Positions 48,439 through 53,542 of a stretch of 53,542 bases of DNA are shown here, one piece after another. The DNA is from Rhodoluna sp. Lineage in GTDB: Bacteria > Actinomycetota > Actinomycetes > Actinomycetales > Microbacteriaceae. Location of the stretch: contig JBBAML010000004.1 in assembly GCA_040402515.1 (NCBI GenBank), positions 1-53,542 of the forward strand. The letters run 5' to 3'. The position numbers and the translations under genes were made by a program. Under the pieces are notes generated by a model that saw only the letters and a list, made by a program, of their open reading frames with translations, searched no databases and had not been told where the DNA came from. Each line of letters starts with the position of its first letter. The first letter of the stretch is position 1.

Positions 48439-49308
48439 TTGAACGAGAACCAAAGCCCATTTAGCGGTCGAGTACTTATTGTTGCTCTTGATGGTTGGAC
48501 CGATGCCGGTGCTTCTGCAAGCTCTGCTGCTACTTACCTGCGCGAGCGCATGAATGCTGAGCAGCTCATATCTATCGATGATCAAGACTATTTCGATTAC
48601 TCAAGACAGCGACCAATCATCGTGCTAGATGAACACGGTGAAAGAGACTTTGTTTGGCCAAGCTTGGAGCTCTGGGGTCCATCAAGCCAAACCAAACTGA
48701 CTAATCCCAATCTCCAGCTCTACTTCCTTATCGGACAAGAGCCAGCACTTCATTGGCAATATCTACGTGATGAGATTGTGGAGATAGTCGAAGATCGCGA
48801 CATCGAGTCAGTGATCATGCTCGGCAGCCTCGCTTCTGAAGCACCCCACACCAGACCAATCAGAATCTATAAGAACAGCCAAACCTCAAAGGTTAGAAAC
48901 TTCTATGGCATTGAGAGAAGTAATTACGATGGCAGAGCCGGGTTCTTATCGGTTATCGGTCATGCTCTAGAGAAGGCTGGCTTACCAACAATCTCTATCT
49001 GGGCTCAAGTTCCTCACTATGTTGCTTCAATGCCATCTCCTAAGGCAACTCTTGCTTTGATAAATGATCTTGAGATTATGTTGAACTTCTCGGTTGATCA
49101 CAAACCACTTCTGGACGCTGCTTTTGAATGGGAAAGATCTGTAGATGATTTTGCTGAAGGAGACGAAGATCTCCAGAACTACATCACCGGTCTAGAAAAA
49201 GCCAGAGACGAGTCTGAGGCAGAAGAATTAAACACAGACCAATTAGCTCTTGAGTTTGAGAAGTTCCTTCGCCAAAACGAAGGCGAATCAGGAACTGATA
49301 AAAACTAG
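48439..49308 (+). CDS. PAC2 (proteasome assembly chaperone-like) family protein
   Basis: GW.DAG, YFDY...RP, G.EP...W, PHTRP, WA.VPHYV and PSPKA motifs. Confidence 0.9.
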   Translation: MNENQSPFSGRVLIVALDGWTDAGASASSAATYLRERMNAEQLISIDDQDYFDYSRQRPIIVLDEHGERDFVWPSLELWGPSSQTKLTNPNLQLYFLIGQEPALHWQYLRDEIVEIVEDRDIESVIMLGSLASEAPHTRPIRIYKNSQTSKVRNFYGIERSNYDGRAGFLSVIGHALEKAGLPTISIWAQVPHYVASMPSPKATLALINDLEIMLNFSVDHKPLLDAAFEWERSVDDFAEGDEDLQNYITGLEKARDESEAEELNTDQLALEFEKFLRQNEGESGTDKN

Positions 49309-50144
49309 GCTGTCACTACCCCGATTGTTAGCAGTACTAGAAGTGTTAGGCCTACTAATACTCGCCAGATAACAAACGGCAAGAATGAGCCTCTAGCTAG
49401 ATACTTCAAAAGTCCTGCAATTACTAAATACCCAACAACAAATGATGTTGCCGTTGCAACGACGGTTCCTGCAAGTGCTTCCTGTTCCAGGTTTTGGTAG
49501 CTTTGCCCAAACTGAAGCAGTCCACTTGCCAGCACTGCTGGGATACCAATCAGAAAGCTGAATCTAGCTGCGCTTGCTCTGTTGAATCCTGCAAAGAGTC
49601 CGAAGCTTATGCTCGCACCAGATCTAGACACACCTGGAATCAGGGAAAGCATTTGACCTAAACCGAAACCGAAAGCAGTCTTTGTGTTTAACTGTTCAAC
49701 TGACTTAGCCTTTGAGCCGATTCGATCTGCAACAAGAAGGACTAGCCCAAAGAAGATCAGAGTAAAGCTGATAACCCAAAGGTTTCTAACGGTGTCTTCG
49801 ATGAAGTGTCTGAACATCAATCCAGCTACACCGACCGGGATTGAGCCAATGATTACGTAGAGAGACATTTTAAAATCTGCGGTTGATCTCGCAGCCTTGC
49901 TGAAGAGGCCGGCAAAGAACGCTTTCACCAATCGGATGATGTCTTTACCGAAGTAGAGGAGAACAGCTGCTTCTGTGCCAAGTTGGATGGTTGCTATAAA
50001 TGCTGTGGTTGCTGAGTTTGTGTCGGCAAGCCCCGGAACTTTCATCAGCTCAGAGACGATCTGAACATGGGCACTTGATGAGATAGGCAGGAATTCAGTT
50101 AGCCCCTGAACTATTCCAAGCACTATAGCTTGGAATAAAGTCAT
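49305..50144 (-). CDS. uppP: Undecaprenyl-diphosphate phosphatase
   Basis: QGLTEFLPISSSAH and PGVSRSG motifs. Confidence 0.97.
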   Translation of the reverse strand: MTLFQAIVLGIVQGLTEFLPISSSAHVQIVSELMKVPGLADTNSATTAFIATIQLGTEAAVLLYFGKDIIRLVKAFFAGLFSKAARSTADFKMSLYVIIGSIPVGVAGLMFRHFIEDTVRNLWVISFTLIFFGLVLLVADRIGSKAKSVEQLNTKTAFGFGLGQMLSLIPGVSRSGASISFGLFAGFNRASAARFSFLIGIPAVLASGLLQFGQSYQNLEQEALAGTVVATATSFVVGYLVIAGLLKYLARGSFLPFVIWRVLVGLTLLVLLTIGVVTA

Positions 50145-50359
50145 GACCAGTCTTCGTCTTCCTCAACTAGTTCCATCGGCAGAATCTCTTCGTATTCATC
50201 TGAGAGTGCTTCTTCGTAATCCAAGAAAGCAGCCTTGAGGTGCTCGTAGGTTGCTAGGACGGCAGGATCTTCATTACCCCTGCCAGAAGAGGCAGCCTCA
50301 AAATGTCTTTCGAGAGCTGCGACGAACTTGTTCAGTGCACTTCTAGCTTCGTTTGCCAT
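50141..50359 (-). CDS. Small acidic hypothetical protein
   Basis: 72 aa, helical and acidic; ATGA overlap with uppP; -10 element 6 nt before ATG. Confidence 0.8.
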   Translation of the reverse strand: MANEARSALNKFVAALERHFEAASSGRGNEDPAVLATYEHLKAAFLDYEEALSDEYEEILPMELVEEDEDWS

Positions 50360-50463
50360 AAGCCAAAACTACCCTTACTTACTCAAAAAAGGCAGAGGCA
50401 AGACCAAAATCAATTACTGCGCTTTAGTAGTAACATTTAGAACTGTTGCTCAAAAATCCTTCA

Positions 50464-50546
50464 GTCCGGGTGGCGAAATGGTAGACGCGCTAGCTTGAGG
50501 TGTTAGTCCTCTCACGAGGGTAGGGGTTCAAGTCCCCTCTCGGACA
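50464..50546 (+). tRNA. tRNA-Leu (anticodon GAG)
   Basis: Acceptor stem GTCCGGG/CTCGGAC, D-loop GGTAGAC, anticodon arm CTAGC-TTGAGGT-GTTAG, long variable arm, T arm AGGGG-TTCAAGT-CCCCT; CCA not encoded. Confidence 0.97.
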
Positions 50547-50567
50547 CGTAGTTTGAGACAGCTACCT

Positions 50568-50608
50568 TTATAGCCCCGACTTCTTTGGAAGTCGGGGCTA
50601 TAACTTTT
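50568..50608 (+). terminator. Terminator-like hairpin after tRNA-Leu
   Basis: Perfect 16-bp inverted repeat TTATAGCCCCGACTTC-TTTG-GAAGTCGGGGCTATAA followed by CTTTT. Confidence 0.8.
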
Positions 50609-50638
50609 AAGACCAGCACCAAAGTTAGACTTGACGCA

Positions 50639-51487
50639 ATGTCTCCAAATCCTCAAAACCCCAATGAGCTATCTGATGCCGCCTCATACTCAATTGAGGC
50701 TGCTCGCCGCATTTTGGCTGGGAAGAAACTATTTGTGATGACTGGTGCTGGTATCAGCACCGACTCGGGGATTCCCGACTACCGCGGTGAAGGCAGAGTT
50801 GCTCGCCATCCCATGACCTATGACGTATTCATGGGTGCTTTTGAAGCTAGACAGCGATACTGGGCAAGAAGCTATGTCGGCTGGTCTCGAATTGCCTTGG
50901 CAAAGCCGAACCCAGGACATTTCGCTCTAGCCACCGCTGAATCTGAGGGTGCACTCAAGTACCTCGTAACCCAGAATGTTGACGGCTTACATCAAGAAGC
51001 GGGTAGCAAGGCGGTTGTTGATCTCCATGGTCGTCTAGATAGAGTCGTCTGCTTGGGTTGTAAGAAGCTCATCACTCGTGTTGAGATGGATCAACTTTTG
51101 CAGGAACTGAACCCTGGAATCAGCAAGGACAACAGTGTTGAGTTCACCCCTGATGGTGATGCTGAGATTGAGGGAACTGCAAACTTTCAAGTTCCCAACT
51201 GTCAGTCATGCGATGGAATTCTCAAACCGGATGTTGTCTTCTTTGGTGAATCTGTTCCAACTCAGAGAGTTGAGCAAGCACTGAACCAATTAGCTGCTTC
51301 TGATGCCATGTTGGTAGCAGGCTCTTCATTGACAGTGAATTCCGGATTTAGGTTTGCTAAACAAGCAGCCAAGTCTGGTAAACCGCTGGTTATCGTAAAT
51401 ATCGGACCAACTCGAGGAGACACCTTGGCCATTGCCAAGATTGAAGCAAATACTTCCCTAGCTTTAGAAAGGCTACTCATTGACTGA
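50639..51487 (+). CDS. Sir2 family NAD-dependent deacylase (class II/SIRT4-like)
   Basis: GAGISTDSGIPDYRG, RQRYWARS, TQNVDGLH, LHG, two CxxC, KPDVVFFGE, GSSL; start moved to ATG 50639. Confidence 0.95.
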   Translation: MSPNPQNPNELSDAASYSIEAARRILAGKKLFVMTGAGISTDSGIPDYRGEGRVARHPMTYDVFMGAFEARQRYWARSYVGWSRIALAKPNPGHFALATAESEGALKYLVTQNVDGLHQEAGSKAVVDLHGRLDRVVCLGCKKLITRVEMDQLLQELNPGISKDNSVEFTPDGDAEIEGTANFQVPNCQSCDGILKPDVVFFGESVPTQRVEQALNQLAASDAMLVAGSSLTVNSGFRFAKQAAKSGKPLVIVNIGPTRGDTLAIAKIEANTSLALERLLID

Positions 51488-52073
51488 GACTCACCTAGGT
51501 TTACTTCGTCACGGTCAAACTGATTGGAATATTGATCTTCGGCTCCAGGGCTCAAGTGATATCCCGCTTAATCAATCCGGCATTCGACAAGCAGAACTGG
51601 CTTCTAAATATTTAAATGCTGCTGACTGGGATTTAGTGCTCTCCTCCCCTCTATCGCGAGCCCGTGACACCGCTACAACTGTTGCGGCTGAACTTGGTTT
51701 GAACCTAGTGGTAGTTCCAGAGTTAATCGAAAGATCCTTTGGTGTTGCTGAAGGAATGAGCCACAGTGAATGGCGAACACTCTATGAATCTCACGCAGAG
51801 ATCCCAGGAATCGAATCCCTTGAGGCTTTGCAAACAAGAAGCGAAGCGCTACTCAGATTACTTGCGACAGAGTATGACGGCCAGAGAGTTCTTGCTGTCT
51901 CACACGGTGCACTGATTAGGAAGCTGATGAAGATAATTAGCTCAGGTGTATACCCGCTGGACGGCGATCGTCTAGGAAATGTTTCTCTAAATCGATTCAC
52001 ATTCTCAGACGGCATTTGGACCGTCAGTGACTATAACCCAGTTTCGCTATCTGAGCTCTCTAAAGATTTTTAG
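51480..52073 (+). CDS. Histidine phosphatase (phosphoglycerate mutase-like) family protein
   Basis: RHGQT.WN, SSPLSRA, ER.FG..EG and VSHG motifs. Confidence 0.93.
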   Translation: MTETHLGLLRHGQTDWNIDLRLQGSSDIPLNQSGIRQAELASKYLNAADWDLVLSSPLSRARDTATTVAAELGLNLVVVPELIERSFGVAEGMSHSEWRTLYESHAEIPGIESLEALQTRSEALLRLLATEYDGQRVLAVSHGALIRKLMKIISSGVYPLDGDRLGNVSLNRFTFSDGIWTVSDYNPVSLSELSKDF

Positions 52074-53117
52074 TAAAGCTTCAGCCGAGCTTGCCCAACT
52101 GAATTTCTTAGCTTGAGCCAAGGATTCCTTTGAGGTTTTTTCCCAGGCATTTGATCTATCAATTTCTACAACTCGTTTAGCGAATTGCACTGCATCATCC
52201 GCAGGGAAATAGGTCCCAGCGATTCCTGCAACCTCATGGAATATCTCCAAGTCCGAAACTATGACCGGTGTACCCTGTTGCATGGCTTCAACCAGTGGAA
52301 TTCCAAACCCTTCATCTTTGCTTGCTGTGACTAATGCGAATGACTCTTTGAGTAGTGCCAAATACTCTGAATCAGATACCCCACCGTGGAACACAACCCT
52401 TGCGCCTAAGTTCTTGGCCAATGCGGAAAGCTCTGCCTTTCTTGATGAGTCAATCTTGCTAAGTAGGTGAAGCTCAAACTCAGGCAGTAGTGCTAGTCCT
52501 CTGATCAGCGTCTCCACGTTTTTGTATGGCATGAATGAGCCAATGTATAGAAGCTTTCTAGAAAGTGGAAATGCTCTCGGCATTGATGCTGGAGTTCCAG
52601 GAGCTGCGTTGTAAACAACGCCAACCGGTCGCTTGGTGAGTCGATTTTCCTCAATAAGTCTCTTGGTTGTTTCAGAGACTGTAGCTATTGCATCTGCTCT
52701 GTTTAACAAAAGTTTCTGTGGAAGGTAAGACAGGTGATACAGACGCCAAATTAGCTGAACCAAGAAGTTGAGATCCTGAGGGGGTTTTCTGTGGCGATAG
52801 TAAATCAGGTCATGCAGTGTTAGAACTAAATGGTATTTTCTTCCAGTGGTTCCCATGATTTGCATTGGTGAGAAGACATGGGTTGCACCAAGTTTGTTTA
52901 GTTTCTTCGCGATGGAAAATTCTGTCACTGACTGAGGATTGTTCAATAAAACAAACTCGATACCTTTGGGTAAGTGCTCCAGTTGCCTAAGGTCATAAAT
53001 GATTGGAACAACTTCGATTTTCTTGCTAATCGCTTGAATTAGTTCAACTGAAAATCTAGAAATTCCATCGTGGTGATCTAGTCGGATAAACCTTGCATCG
53101 AAGTGAAGAGTCTTCAT
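52047..53117 (-). CDS. GT4 family glycosyltransferase
   Basis: TLHDLI, TVSE, YIGS..YKN, EGFGIPLVEAM and FSW..SA motifs. Confidence 0.93.
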   Translation of the reverse strand: MKTLHFDARFIRLDHHDGISRFSVELIQAISKKIEVVPIIYDLRQLEHLPKGIEFVLLNNPQSVTEFSIAKKLNKLGATHVFSPMQIMGTTGRKYHLVLTLHDLIYYRHRKPPQDLNFLVQLIWRLYHLSYLPQKLLLNRADAIATVSETTKRLIEENRLTKRPVGVVYNAAPGTPASMPRAFPLSRKLLYIGSFMPYKNVETLIRGLALLPEFELHLLSKIDSSRKAELSALAKNLGARVVFHGGVSDSEYLALLKESFALVTASKDEGFGIPLVEAMQQGTPVIVSDLEIFHEVAGIAGTYFPADDAVQFAKRVVEIDRSNAWEKTSKESLAQAKKFSWASSAEALLKIFRELR

Positions 53118-53119
53118 AG

Positions 53120-53542
53120 TTAGTCAAGTTCACTAATGAAGGTACTAATTACATCAACAGTTTCTTGAGCTGCTTCGTAGTGCACGAGATGTCCGCAGTT
53201 CTTGATTATGTGGACGCTGGATTTAGGCATTTTCTTCGCTATTTCTTGGACGGCTGAGACTGGAGTGATCTCATCCATGTCTGCCGCTACCAAAAGAATT
53301 GGTTTCTTGATTGACGAAATGTATGGCTGAAGAGTGTTGGAAATTGATGCAATGTATGACTCCCAGACCACAGCAGAATTAGCAAAGCTGTTGAAGTAAT
53401 AACTGTGTTGCAATTTGATCCAAGAACGTAACTCTTTGTCTTGAGATTTGGTTGTGTAGCTACTCATCGAATCAACTAGCAACCTAGTCTTCAGCATACG
53501 AAGGCCAAGGTTCTGGGGAATTACGTGAGCTATCCAGTAGAA
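53120..53542 (-). CDS. Alpha/beta hydrolase, C-terminal part (cut by window edge)
   Basis: Frame stays open to the window end; P.LLV....DEIT and GHLVHYE acid/His motifs. Confidence 0.8.
   Translation of the reverse strand, partial: FYWIAHVIPQNLGLRMLKTRLLVDSMSSYTTKSQDKELRSWIKLQHSYYFNSFANSAVVWESYIASISNTLQPYISSIKKPILLVAADMDEITPVSAVQEIAKKMPKSSVHIIKNCGHLVHYEAAQETVDVISTFISELD

Noticed and set aside
50639-51487. Sir2 as a defence NADase (Thoeris/DSR type)
   Set aside because: It is a canonical Zn-binding deacylase with no fused domains or defence partners.
745-52470. Numerous short antisense or alternative-frame ORFs in the track (e.g. 14086-14649 -, 24952-25401 -)
   Set aside because: They are shadows of well-supported genes and show no motifs or expression signals.
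1-53542. CRISPR arrays, IS elements, prophage or rRNA
   Set aside because: No regularly spaced repeats, transposase, integrase, phage genes or rRNA-like sequence; nearly all DNA is accounted for by housekeeping genes.

Overview
This window is core chromosome from a low-GC (visually just under 50%), tightly packed actinobacterium. Gene content and order fit Microbacteriaceae, probably a streamlined Luna-cluster (Rhodoluna/Aquiluna-like) organism; that assignment is inference. In order it holds: the distal dcw cluster (murF-mraY-murD-ftsW-murG-murC-ftsQ-ftsZ-yggS-sepF-yggT-divIVA-lspA-rluD), dnaE, hisD, nrdR-nrdJ with tandem NrdR boxes, pyrD, the cytochrome bcc-aa3 supercomplex genes, trpD, rbpA/ppm1/lnt, the trmI-FKBP-pafB-pafC-tatA-tatC-helY operon, PAC2, uppP, tRNA-Leu(GAG), a sirtuin/histidine phosphatase pair and a GT4 glycosyltransferase. 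I found no mobile element, prophage, CRISPR array or defence island, and I cannot support a wholly new multi-gene system. The best signals not explained by the ORF track are: (1) a 28-bp XerCD dif site at 35320-35347, placing the window at the replication terminus; (2) a ~35-aa acidic insertion in the DnaE thumb region; (3) a perfect CRP-type site upstream of rbpA; (4) PafBC and PAC2 present while the Pup-proteasome genes are missing from their usual position; (5) an inverted repeat upstream of ftsZ; (6) a P-loop kinase appended to the qcr operon whose antisense strand forms the cta operon terminator; (7) recurrent leaderless promoter geometry.
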